Notes under the pieces: model-generated
What the model saw: the letters and a program-made list of their open reading frames with translations, nothing else
Told to the model about the DNA's origin: nothing
Databases searched by the model: none
Position numbers and translations under genes: made by a program
Assembly (NCBI GenBank): GCA_963842015.1
Contig: CAWJFG010000016.1
Span: forward strand, 11,059 to 75,058
Origin: an uncultured Acidimicrobiales bacterium
Lineage (GTDB): Bacteria > Actinomycetota > Acidimicrobiia > Acidimicrobiales > VFJN01
Length of the DNA: 64,000 nt
Direction of reading: 5' to 3'
Shown: positions 7,972 through 16,570 of the stretch, piece after piece
Numbering within the stretch: the first letter of the stretch is position 1
How the letters are laid out: each line of letters starts with the position of its first letter

Positions 7972-9406
7972 GTCGATCGACTTTCGGTGGTTGCGTTGGG
8001 GTGTGGGCGAAAGGTCGGGCTGTTAGCGCTGCGCTTCGTCGATGGGGGTCGTGTGGCCGGTGGCGGCCCGCGAGGGCGCGGAGCGTCCACCAGATCGAGG
8101 GCGACTTCAGCGCGGCCGGGGAGTAGCCGGGCGCCGAGGTGGGGATGCGGATCCGCAGCGCGCCGGGCAGGATGCGGAACTCCAGCGGCGGGTCGAACAG
8201 CATGGCCTCGCCGTCGACCCCGGCCTCGATGGGCGCACCAGATTCGACGGTGAAGGTGGGGGCGGCCCACTCGGTCCAGCCCGCGAAGCGGCCGACCCGG
8301 CGCGCCGACTCCGCGGCGACGAGAGCGGCGACGTCGCTGGCGCCACGGACCTTGGCCGCGGCGATGCCGAGCCGGCCGGTGTCGAGCCGGGCCCGGGTAC
8401 CGAGCCCGGCGAGCGTCGTCAGCTCGTAGGGGTTGTTCGAGACCTGGATGAGTTGGGCGCCGTCCTGGCGGGTGCCGTCACGATCGGCGAAATGAAGGTC
8501 GAACGGCTCGGCGTCGGGGCCCAGCAACGCGGGCAGCATCGCCGCGGTCGTCTGGCGTTTGGCGTCGCGGTACTCGGGCGACTGGATGATCTTGGCGTAG
8601 ACGCCCAGCGACACGTTGTTGACGAACACCCGGCCGCTCACCTCGGCGAGGTCGATGCGCCGCTCGACCGCCTCGTCGAAGGCGTCGAGCGCGCCGACGA
8701 CATCGTTGCGGTCGAGGCCGACGTCGAGGGCGAAGTGGTTGCGGGTACCGGCGGGGATGCAGACCAGCGGCACGTCGGCCGCCGCGGCCACCGAGGCAAC
8801 CAGCGCCTGGGACCCGTCACCGCCGGCCATACCGATCACGTCGGCGCCGCGGTCGATGGCACGCTGGGCCAGGTCGAGCATGTCATCACCGGGCTGGAGC
8901 ACCACGGGCTCGATGCCACGCCGGCGGCACTCCTCGACCAGATCGAACCGCTCCGCCTTCCCGCCCCCGGACTTCAGGTTCATGATGAGGACACCCTGCC
9001 GGGCCGGGCCCACCGGCGTGCCCGGGACCGCCTGCGCCTTCAGCGCGGCGGCGTCTCGCCGCAGGGCGTACCGGGCGAGAACGGCGGACACTGCCAGCAG
9101 GGCGACCACCACGACCAGGCCCAGCCCCTGGTCCTCGGCGGTGAGCACGACAGCGGCCAGCAGCACCAGCATCGCCACCGCGGCGACGCCGGCAACGATC
9201 CGGATCCGGCCCTTGCGGGTGGCTGCGATCCACGCCGCGGCGGCCAGCACTGCGGGCAGCACAAGCGCCACGATCAGCCGACCCACATCGCCCACAAGGC
9301 TGATGGCACCAACCACCACCGCGGCCCCAGCGAGTGCCAGGGCGCCGATGGCGGCGGCCCGACGCGCCGGGTCCAGTCGCTGAGCGGCTCCGTTCGTGTC
9401 GGTCAT
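7886..9406 (-). CDS. Diacylglycerol/lipid kinase family protein (LCB5/YegS-like) with an N-terminal transmembrane segment
   Basis: From ATG 9406 it reads MTDTNGAAQRLDP, followed by 3-4 hydrophobic helices. The kinase domain shows VLIMNLKSGGGK and VIGMAGGDGSQALV. The ORF-track extension to 10018 runs through a repeat and is rejected. Confidence 0.8.
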   Translation of the reverse strand: MTDTNGAAQRLDPARRAAAIGALALAGAAVVVGAISLVGDVGRLIVALVLPAVLAAAAWIAATRKGRIRIVAGVAAVAMLVLLAAVVLTAEDQGLGLVVVVALLAVSAVLARYALRRDAAALKAQAVPGTPVGPARQGVLIMNLKSGGGKAERFDLVEECRRRGIEPVVLQPGDDMLDLAQRAIDRGADVIGMAGGDGSQALVASVAAAADVPLVCIPAGTRNHFALDVGLDRNDVVGALDAFDEAVERRIDLAEVSGRVFVNNVSLGVYAKIIQSPEYRDAKRQTTAAMLPALLGPDAEPFDLHFADRDGTRQDGAQLIQVSNNPYELTTLAGLGTRARLDTGRLGIAAAKVRGASDVAALVAAESARRVGRFAGWTEWAAPTFTVESGAPIEAGVDGEAMLFDPPLEFRILPGALRIRIPTSAPGYSPAALKSPSIWWTLRALAGRHRPHDPHRRSAALTARPFAHTPTQPPKVDRHEQRQEEGQEAPRPHARISADRLQSGGR

Positions 9407-9814
9407 GACATCTCCTGGGTCTCGCGCCATGCAAGGCGAGGAACGCCGCCACGGTGTCGCCGACGGTGCCGAAGAGTGCATCTGGGTCGATGGCCTGAAC
9501 CGCCGGGGGTTCGTAGAGGTCTGGCTATTGAGTCCCGGCCTCGGCGATCGGGATCGTCTGACGATGGTCGACGGCCTCGAAGATGGACAGGCCCTCCTGC
9601 GTCTCGACTGGTGCCTGCGATTGTGCAGGGCGCCCGACCGACCGCGCATCGCCTGGTCTGCATGATTGTGTGGCACATGTCGACGGCCAGCGGCTCGGCG
9701 GCCCGGCACACAGCGACCGGCCTGCCATGGGCGGCGACCCCGGACGGAGGTCCTGAGCGCCAGCCGAGATCCCAGATTGCTCGTTCGCCGGGTCGAAGAG
9801 TCGCTCATGTCCGG

Positions 9815-9952
9815 GGACGGATCCGTCAACCGTGTCCCGGGATCGGACACAGATGCCAGGCAACATGCCAGCCAACTGTCCGGTTCCACCTGATGCGCGA
9901 CGTTTCGTTTCCAGGTGATGGGCGACACTCCGCCTAGAACCTCTACCGCTCC
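9815..9952 (+). repeat. MITE/REP-like element, copy E3 (right arm intact, left arm decayed)
   Basis: 9876-9952 reads CTGTCCGGTTCCACCTGATGCGCGACGTTTCGTTTCCAGGTGATGGGCGACACTCCGCCTAGAACCTCTACC. Confidence 0.55.
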
Positions 9953-10119
9953 GAGACTTGGGGCGCACAAGGGGGATGCCGCATGCGCCCAGATCGGCAC
10001 CTTGGGGGCACCCGCCAAGCTCGGTTGGGTGCTCAGGTCTGGTGACCTAGGCGCGACGAGCGCCCCGGCACCGGTCGAGCCGGCACCGGGGCTTGCGTCT
10101 GGCCGGAGGCTTCGTCGTC

Positions 10120-10980
10120 TCAGTCGGCGTCGCGTCGCACCAGCAGCGCCGTCCCGAGGACCAGGGCGGCGATGACGTAGCCCCAGAAGATCGATGCGTA
10201 GAGCGGGTTCGACAGCGCCGATGCCACGATCTCGGGCGAGTCGAAGTCCGATTCGACCCCGAGCGTGCGGAAGCCGGCATCGAAGGGCAGGAACCGCACG
10301 ACCTCAGCCGGGGCGAACTGGACGACGAGACCCTCGACGACCAGCCACCACACGAGCACACCGGAGACCGCGCCGGCGCTGTGGCGCACGACCATCCCCA
10401 CCCCGAGGCCGAGCAGCGCCGAGCCCCAGGTGTAGAGCAGCGCCCATAGCACGGTGGCGAGGAGGCCCGACGTGCTGCCGACTTCGATGCCCCCAGCGAT
10501 GGCGCCCAGGAAGCCGGTGGTCATGCCGACGACACCCAGCGCCAGGCCGAAGCCGGTGGCAAGGAGGGTCTTGGCGACCACGACGGGCCACCGCGACGGG
10601 TGGGCGGTGAGGGAGCCGGCCAGGGTGCCGTGCTGCACCTCGGCGGTGAACAGCAGGACTCCGGCGATGGCGGCCAGCACTGCGGTCAGCAGTGTCGGGT
10701 AGACGAAGACGTCGGTGACGGTCAGGACCTCGTCGGTGACGAAGGCGGCGGTGGCCCACGAGGTGAGCAGGCCGATGATCGCCGAGATGGCGAGGAGGAC
10801 CTTGTTGGCCCGCACGGTGGTGGACTTGATCCGTTCGCTGCGAAGGACCGCAGCGAGCTGGCCGGCGGGGCGCGGGCCGGCGGTGGTCGTGGCCTCGGCG
10901 GCCAGCGGGAGCGGTACCTCGGTGGTGGTCATGGGGGGTTCCTCGTGCTCAGTGGTGGAGTTGGCGGTGGCGGTGGTCAT
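10120..10980 (-). CDS. ABC-2 type transporter permease
   Basis: The 286-aa ORF has six hydrophobic segments. Its start overlaps the stop of the ATPase gene. Confidence 0.8.
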   Translation of the reverse strand: MTTATANSTTEHEEPPMTTTEVPLPLAAEATTTAGPRPAGQLAAVLRSERIKSTTVRANKVLLAISAIIGLLTSWATAAFVTDEVLTVTDVFVYPTLLTAVLAAIAGVLLFTAEVQHGTLAGSLTAHPSRWPVVVAKTLLATGFGLALGVVGMTTGFLGAIAGGIEVGSTSGLLATVLWALLYTWGSALLGLGVGMVVRHSAGAVSGVLVWWLVVEGLVVQFAPAEVVRFLPFDAGFRTLGVESDFDSPEIVASALSNPLYASIFWGYVIAALVLGTALLVRRDAD

Positions 10981-11696
10981 GCGGAGGCGAACTCGGCGGA
11001 TGCCGTGGTCATCTCGAGGAGGCTGTCCTCGAGTGACATCCCGGTCCGGGACGTGACGGATTCGACGGTCTCGGCGGCGATGAGCCGCCCGGCGCCGACG
11101 ACGACGAGGTCGTCGGCGAACTTGGCGAGCTCGGCGATGAGGTGGCTGGACACGAAGACCGTGCCGCCTGCGTCGGCGAAGCTGCGCAGCCGGTTCCGCA
11201 GCCAGCGGATGCCGTCGGGGTCGAGGCCGTTGGACGGCTCGTCGAGCAGCAGGACCCGGGGGTCGCCCAGCAGGGCGCTGGCGAGCGCGAGCCGCTGGCG
11301 CATGCCGAGCGAGAACCCGCCCGCCCGCTCGTCGGCCACGCTCTCGAGCCCGACGTCGGCCAGCACGTCATCGACCCGGGAGGTCGGGATGTTGCTGAGG
11401 GCGGCGGTGGCCCGCAGGTGGTTCCGGGCGGTGCGACCCGGGTGCATGCAGCGGGCGTCGAGGACGGAACCGACGGTTCGCGCGGGGTGGGCGAGGTCGA
11501 CGTAGCGGACACCGTCGTAGCGGACCTCGCCTCGGTCGGGCCGGGCGAGGTCGACCATCATCCGCATGGTGGTGGACTTGCCGGCGCCGTTGGGGCCGAC
11601 GAAGCCGGTGACCCGGCCGGCCTCCAGCTCGAAGCTGAGGTCGTCGACGGCGCGCCGCTCCCCGTAGTGCTTGGTGAGTCCGGTGACGTTGATCAT
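10977..11696 (-). CDS. ABC transporter ATP-binding protein
   Basis: It carries Walker A GPNGAGKST, the signature FSLGMRQRL and Walker B LLLDEPSNGLD. Confidence 0.9.
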   Translation of the reverse strand: MINVTGLTKHYGERRAVDDLSFELEAGRVTGFVGPNGAGKSTTMRMMVDLARPDRGEVRYDGVRYVDLAHPARTVGSVLDARCMHPGRTARNHLRATAALSNIPTSRVDDVLADVGLESVADERAGGFSLGMRQRLALASALLGDPRVLLLDEPSNGLDPDGIRWLRNRLRSFADAGGTVFVSSHLIAELAKFADDLVVVGAGRLIAAETVESVTSRTGMSLEDSLLEMTTASAEFASA

Positions 11697-11947
11697 GTCT
11701 GTGCTCCGTGGGTGTGGGCGGGGTGGTGGTGGGCGGCGTCGGTGGGCGCGATCGAGATCACGTCGACGTTCACCGACGTGAGGTGGGCGAGGACGCCGTG
11801 GAGGTGTGAGCGATCCCCGATCTCGCCGACGAGGCGGGTGATGCCGTCTCCGCCGTGGTCGAAGGTGAAGTCGTCGAGCAGTGGCCGTAGGAGCCGGGCG
11901 CTGGGCCGGCCCCGCAGGACGATCTCATAGGTGGTGTTCTCGGGCAT
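11693..11947 (-). CDS. Small hypothetical protein (84 aa) coupled to the ABC operon
   Basis: It reads MPENTTYEIVLRGRPSARLL..LHGVLAHLTSVNVDVISI. It shares an ATGA overlap with the ATPase start and has good GC3 usage. Confidence 0.55.
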   Translation of the reverse strand: MPENTTYEIVLRGRPSARLLRPLLDDFTFDHGGDGITRLVGEIGDRSHLHGVLAHLTSVNVDVISIAPTDAAHHHPAHTHGAQT

Positions 11948-11996
11948 GGAGGCACCATCGCCCCCACCTGGACGAGACCGCCTCATCCACCCCGTC

Positions 11997-12014
11997 ATCT
12001 CACCCGGGTGAGAT
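11997..12014. promoter_or_regulatory. Perfect 18-bp palindrome ATCTCACCCGGGTGAGAT in the divergent ABC/LuxR region
   Basis: Read directly from the sequence. It lies between ATG 11947 (minus strand) and the LuxR start candidates at 12008, 12026 and 12035. Confidence 0.5.
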
Positions 12015-14230
12015 CGAACCGTAGGGTGAGCCAGGTGACGCAGGACTGGGAGTCGGGCCTCGCCGCCACCAAGGTCCAGCCGCCGATGCCGCCCCGGCAC
12101 CTCGTCCAGCGTCCCCGACTCGATGTCGCCCTCGACACCGCCGTCGATGCGCAGGTCCGCCTGGTGCTGGTGAGCGCCCCGGCCGGCTCTGGCAAGTCCA
12201 CACTGCTGGGAGCCTGGCTGGCCACCCGGCCCGAGGCAGTGGCCTGGCTCCAGGTCGAGGACTCCGACTCCGACCCGGCCCGCTTCTGGTCCCACCTCGC
12301 GCAGGCCATCGGGCGGACCCAGCCGAGCATCGTCGCCGCGCTCCAACCGTTGGTCGCCGGGTCGAACGGCGACGAAGCCGCAGTGGTCCCCGCCCTCATC
12401 AACCGACTGGCAGAGCTCCCCGATCCGCTTCTGGTCGTCGTCGACGACTACCACCTCGTGGACGACGACCGAATCCACCGGGGCGTGGAGCGCCTCGTCG
12501 ACCTGTGCCCGCCGCAGGTCACCGTCGCGCTCGCCACCCGCATGGATCCGCCGTTTCGGATCGGGCGGCTGCGCGTGCGTGGACAGGTGGCGGAGATCCG
12601 CGCCCAGGACCTCCGGTTCACCCCCGAGGAGGCGGCCGGTCTGCTCGGTGGCACCGATCCCTCCCTCGACCCCCGCCTGATCACCCAGCTGTGCGGCCGC
12701 ACGGAGGGCTGGGCTGCGGGCCTCGTCCTCGCCGGTCTCTCCCTCCAGCACGCAGGCGACCCCGAAGGCTTCGTCGCGGCGTTCCGGGGCGACGACCGCC
12801 TCGTCGTCGAGTACCTCCGCGACGAGCTGCTCACGGGCCTCGACGCCGACGATCACCGACGGCTGCTGGAGACCTCGGTCCTCGACGAGTTCACCGGCGA
12901 TCTCGTCGATGCCGTCACCGACGACAGCGGCAGCGCCGAGTGGCTGCACGCGACGGCTCAGGCGAACCAGCTCCTCGTCGTCCTCGATCGCACCGGCACG
13001 TGGTTCCGCTACCACCACCTGCTACGAGATCTGCTCCGCCTCGAGGCACAGGCGGCCATGCCCGAGCGCCTCCCCGAGCTCCACCGGCGGGCCGCTTCCT
13101 GGTTCGAAGCCGCGGACGACCACGGCCGAGCGGTGAGCCACCGCCTCGCCGCCGGTGATCTCGGAGACGCCGCCCGGCTGATGCGCCTCCACGGGCCCCG
13201 GCTGCTGCGCGCCGGGCAGATCGACACTCTCCGCAGCCTGCTCGATCGGCTCGGTGAGGTCACCCGCACGGAGGTCGCGTGCGCCTTCCTCGCCGGGTGG
13301 TGCGAGTTCCTCGCCGGTCGCTACGCAGAGGCCGAGCGGTGGCTCGATATCGTGGTCGACCTCCTTCCCGCCGGCTCAACAGCGGCGACGTCGCTGCGCA
13401 TCAACCTCGCCCTGGCCACGGGCGACGTGGCCGGTGCGCTCGACGAGGCGAGGACCGCCCTGGCCGCGGGCCCGCTCGCCGACGGCCTCCCCGAGCTGGC
13501 CACCGCCATCGGTGCTGCGCACGCCTGGGCAGGCGTGGCCGACGAGGCGCGTTCCGCCCTCGACCTGGCAGTGGCGCGAGCCGACGTCGAGCAGAGCCGC
13601 ACGGCCCAAGCCGTGTCCCTCGTCCACCGGAGCGTGGTCGAGCTCGAGCACAGCGCGCCTGGCGTCGCTCACCGAGCAGCCCAGACGGCGATCGACAACG
13701 CCGAGCGGTTCGGGCTGTCCGGCTACCACGGCATCGCGCCGGCCTTCGCCATCCGGGCTCGAACGGGCGACGATGCAGCCCAGGTCCGCGATGACGTCGG
13801 CTACGCGCTGGCGAGCGCCCGGCGTTCATCGACCCCGCTGGCCTTCGGCTTCGTGCTCGCGGTCTGCGGCGACACGCTCCTCGATCACGGCGATCCCGCC
13901 GGCTCAGCGCTGCTCGAGGAGGCTCGCTCCGTCGTCGATCGGTTCCGAGACCCAGGCATCGCCGGCCGCTATCTCTCGCGCGCCGAGTCACGCCACGGCA
14001 AGACCACCGCACGGCCCGCACCGGTGGCCGACCTCGTCGAGCAGCTCACCGACCGCGAGATGGCAGTGCTGCGCTACCTGCCCAGCGGGCTGAACCAGCG
14101 CGACATCGCCCGGGAGCTGTACGTGTCGATCCACACCGTGCGGACCCACTGCCGCGCCATCTACCTCAAGCTCGGCGTCGGGGACCGCCACGCCGCCGTC
14201 CAGGCCGCCCGAGACCACCAGCTCATCTGA
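12008..14230 (+). CDS. LAL/MalT-like large ATP-binding LuxR-family regulator
   Basis: It has Walker A SAPAGSGKSTLL, a long helical repeat region, and the C-terminal HTH LTDREMAVLRYLPSGLNQRDIARELYVSIHTVRTHCRAIYLKLG. The true start may be GTG 12026 or 12035. Confidence 0.85.
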   Translation: MRSNRRVSQVTQDWESGLAATKVQPPMPPRHLVQRPRLDVALDTAVDAQVRLVLVSAPAGSGKSTLLGAWLATRPEAVAWLQVEDSDSDPARFWSHLAQAIGRTQPSIVAALQPLVAGSNGDEAAVVPALINRLAELPDPLLVVVDDYHLVDDDRIHRGVERLVDLCPPQVTVALATRMDPPFRIGRLRVRGQVAEIRAQDLRFTPEEAAGLLGGTDPSLDPRLITQLCGRTEGWAAGLVLAGLSLQHAGDPEGFVAAFRGDDRLVVEYLRDELLTGLDADDHRRLLETSVLDEFTGDLVDAVTDDSGSAEWLHATAQANQLLVVLDRTGTWFRYHHLLRDLLRLEAQAAMPERLPELHRRAASWFEAADDHGRAVSHRLAAGDLGDAARLMRLHGPRLLRAGQIDTLRSLLDRLGEVTRTEVACAFLAGWCEFLAGRYAEAERWLDIVVDLLPAGSTAATSLRINLALATGDVAGALDEARTALAAGPLADGLPELATAIGAAHAWAGVADEARSALDLAVARADVEQSRTAQAVSLVHRSVVELEHSAPGVAHRAAQTAIDNAERFGLSGYHGIAPAFAIRARTGDDAAQVRDDVGYALASARRSSTPLAFGFVLAVCGDTLLDHGDPAGSALLEEARSVVDRFRDPGIAGRYLSRAESRHGKTTARPAPVADLVEQLTDREMAVLRYLPSGLNQRDIARELYVSIHTVRTHCRAIYLKLGVGDRHAAVQAARDHQLI

Positions 14231-14354
14231 CGCCCGGTCGCCGCCGGTGGCTCGTCAGGAGCGGCGCTGGAGCACCATCCTCGGGGGATGGTCCGGTCGC
14301 TCGCACGCCCGGCGTAGGTGTCGTAGCCGCGGTACGCGTCGCCCGAGCGGCCTT

Positions 14355-14540
14355 CTAGGGGTGTCCCCTACCGCCGGTTCCGGGCGGTCAGCACGTGGCC
14401 GCCTGGCCCGGCGCGCCCAGTCGACGCGTCAAGCATCAGGTGAAACCGATCTGTCACGCATCACCCGAAGTCGGACAACTGTCTGGCTTCACCTGATGCG
14501 TGACGGAGCTGCGCCGGGTGATGGGCGACAACTTCCCTAG
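14355..14540 (+). repeat. MITE/REP-like palindromic element, copy E4 (best preserved, CTAG at both ends)
   Basis: The inner arms at 14427-14455 and 14479-14505 are inverted copies. The outer ends, read inward from CTAG 14355-14358 and 14537-14540, also align. Confidence 0.65.
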
Positions 14541-14619
14541 GACGCCTACATCTGCGGTCGGTGTCGGCCCGGACGGCTCGGAGGCGCCCCGACAGGCACT
14601 CTTGGGATGGCGGCGGGCG

Positions 14620-15630
14620 CTAGCTGGCAGCCGAAGCGAGGCGAGCGACCGCTTGCGCGTGTGTGACGGCGCTGTCGTACCTGGCTCCAGTGGGAACGCC
14701 TCCGATGGCCACCGTGACGAAGGTGTCACCGAACACAAGGGAGACCTCGTCGACGTACGGTCCCATGGTCACGGGTTGTATCCAGAGCCACTCGAAGGCC
14801 AGGAAGCGAACGCCTTGGGTCCCTGGTAAGTCGGGGACGTCGAAGGTCTCGACGGCAGCCTGGTCGACCCGCGCCATCCAGCGCCGGGCTGCCCTCATGG
14901 CGTCCTCGCCCGAAGGGAACCGCGTCGCCGACACGGCGACCCCGCCGTAGGTCTCGTGCTGCCAGTATCGGCTCCAGCCATCGACCGCGTCGTCGAGCGC
15001 GTCGCGGAATGTAGCGAGGTCCATCGGTCCGTCCATGGTCAACCTGTAGTCCGGGCCCGGGGACGAAGGCATGAGCGCGGCAAGCGTGTCCGGCCGGGCG
15101 GGACCCAGATCGGCAAGTACGTCGCCGAGGGTCGCCTGCATCCGTGCCAGCTCGGTGGTCGTGACCGCGCAGATGCGCCGCTCGCCGTTCTCGTCAACGA
15201 CGATGGCGACGAACGGTTCATCCACCTCGTCATCGTCGAACGTCAGCCAGTAGGTCAGCTCGACGGCGTTGTGGCCCTCGAGCGAAGGTTCGACATCCGG
15301 GTCCTCATCGGTGACCTCGATCCGGCCCATGGCCACGCGACCGACGGCTTCGGTGAAGCGGCGCAGGTCGCCCTCGAAGGCCTCGCGATCGTCGGCCGCG
15401 ATGCGACTCACCTCGCAGCGAAGGTCCATCGCCGCGTCGATGTCACCGTCGCTCATCGCCGCCGTATAGGCCCTGATCACCTCACCATCCGACGACTCCT
15501 GCCGCTCGCCCGGTATCGAAGTCGACGACGTGGTGGAACTCGACCCCTCGCCACCCCCGCCACATCCGACGCCGACAACCGCCACGAGCGCGGCGACACA
15601 GACCCGACGCACCGAGGTACCCAGCAACAT
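14620..15630 (-). CDS. Hypothetical lipoprotein
   Basis: The signal and lipobox read MLLGTSVRRVCVAALVAVVGVGC, followed by a Gly/Ser linker. No domain was recognised. Confidence 0.7.
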   Translation of the reverse strand: MLLGTSVRRVCVAALVAVVGVGCGGGGEGSSSTTSSTSIPGERQESSDGEVIRAYTAAMSDGDIDAAMDLRCEVSRIAADDREAFEGDLRRFTEAVGRVAMGRIEVTDEDPDVEPSLEGHNAVELTYWLTFDDDEVDEPFVAIVVDENGERRICAVTTTELARMQATLGDVLADLGPARPDTLAALMPSSPGPDYRLTMDGPMDLATFRDALDDAVDGWSRYWQHETYGGVAVSATRFPSGEDAMRAARRWMARVDQAAVETFDVPDLPGTQGVRFLAFEWLWIQPVTMGPYVDEVSLVFGDTFVTVAIGGVPTGARYDSAVTHAQAVARLASAAS

Positions 15631-15660
15631 CCCGGGAGTCTGCCAGCCGGCGCCGACCCG

Positions 15661-15810
15661 ACGTGTCCCGAATCGCCTGAGTCCAAGCCGGATCTGGGCG
15701 CCCCAGCGCGTCTCCGCTGCACAGTCAGCGCTGTCGGGGCGTCACGGATCAGGTGACACTGGATCGTCACGCCTCAGCCGGAGTCGGACAAACATGCCAG
15801 CCAACTCTCC
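15661..15810 (+). repeat. MITE/REP-like element, copy E5 (right arm truncated)
   Basis: GACGTGTCCCGAATCGCC.. aligns with the E4 left arm. CGTCACGGATCAGGTGA lies at 15740-15756. GTCGGACAAACATGCCAGCCAACT matches the leader of copy E3. Confidence 0.5.
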
Positions 15811-15828
15811 CACTCCCCGACGCCCAAG

Positions 15829-16000
15829 TTACGAGTGCGTTGCTCTGCCGTCTGAGCTACTCGGGCGGGACGAGTCACGAAAGCAGCGGCCGTCCAGGTG
15901 ACCGGAAACGGTTCTCCGTGCTGGTCAGGCACCAGGGCAGGCACGCCACCGAGGCCGTCGTCGGCATCGTCACACCCTTCCCATCGTCTCGTCGCCACCC
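15829..16000. repeat. Right copy of the direct repeat: tRNA-Thr 5' half (15829-15866) plus upstream flank
   Basis: TTACGAGTGCGTTGCTCTGCCGTCTGAGCTACTCGGGC is identical to 6603-6640. The flank is near-identical to 6641-6745. No 3' half is attached. Confidence 0.85.
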
Positions 16001-16087
16001 TCCGGCTGTCTGGGAGGTCCCGTCGGAGGACGGGCGTGTGCGCCGAGAACGGCACCTCGCGGGCAGTAGTTCGAGAGCCGGGCGCGG

Positions 16088-16570
16088 TCAGCCAGCGTCT
16101 CGCTCGCGTGCCCGGATCGTCTCGAGCGATTCCTGGAAATGCCAGTGGTGGCCTTCGAGATCGTCGGCCTCGTAGCGACGGTAACCGTAGAAGGCGTCCT
16201 CGATCGGCATGGTGATCGTGGCGCCCTCGGCGAGGGCACGTTCGTAGTGCGAGTCGATGCCGTTGACCGCGACGTTGATCATCACCGTCGCATGGCCGAC
16301 ATCGCCGGGGCTGTAGAGGTGGTGGACGTCCCGCGCGGCTGCGGTCGCCCGGCCGATCATGACCACGCCGTCGCCGAACTCGAGCCAGGCGAGCATCCCC
16401 TCGTCGTCGTCGCCATTGCCCATCCGGGCTTCGCGGCGTTCGGTGAACTGGAACACGCGGGTGAGGTACTCGAGCGCTGCGACTTCGTCCGCATAGGTGA
16501 GACGCGGGTACATCGCCGGTGTGCGGCTCCATGCGTCGGCTTGAGGTGTCGTGGTTCCGATGGTGGACAT
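16088..16570 (-). CDS. VOC (glyoxalase/bleomycin-resistance) family protein
   Basis: AAGGAG lies 6 nt upstream of ATG 16570. The protein reads MSTIGTT..MYPRLTYADEVAALEYLTRVFQF..AWLEFGDGVVMIG..YEADDLEGHHWHF. It is in frame with sigma region 4 upstream, with no intervening stop. Confidence 0.7.
   Translation of the reverse strand: MSTIGTTTPQADAWSRTPAMYPRLTYADEVAALEYLTRVFQFTERREARMGNGDDDEGMLAWLEFGDGVVMIGRATAAARDVHHLYSPGDVGHATVMINVAVNGIDSHYERALAEGATITMPIEDAFYGYRRYEADDLEGHHWHFQESLETIRARERDAG

Noticed and set aside
9407-9814. Possible gene remnant upstream of the DAGK-like gene (minus-strand peptides such as PDLYEPPAVQAIDPDALFGTVGDTVAAFLALHG and QEGLSIFEAVDHRQTIPIAEAG).
   Set aside because: The fragments are short, lie in different frames and have no recognisable family. 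They may be decayed coding sequence, but I cannot support a call.
7886-10018. The N-terminal extension of about 200 aa on the DAGK-like ORF (start 10018).
   Set aside because: The extension translates repeat copy E3 and Arg/Ser/Pro-rich non-coding sequence. A clean start, MTDTNGAAQ at 9406, precedes the TM helices.
4325-14540. Conserved peptides when the palindromic element is translated: V(W/R)(L/F)HLM(R/L)D...PGDGR on one strand and LG..SPIT(W/R).(R/S).V.HQV.PDS on the other. These suggested a repeated gene fragment.
   Set aside because: There is no start codon or upstream coding context. Conservation is equal on both strands. The differences between copies are not biased toward synonymous changes. 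The sequence is an inverted repeat, so a nucleic-acid-level element explains it better.
3283-15810. An integron-like cassette array, with the palindromic elements acting as attC sites.
   Set aside because: There is no intI gene and no GTTRRRY-type core sites. The blocks contain multi-gene operons with their own promoters in both orientations, and the elements also occur as half-copies.
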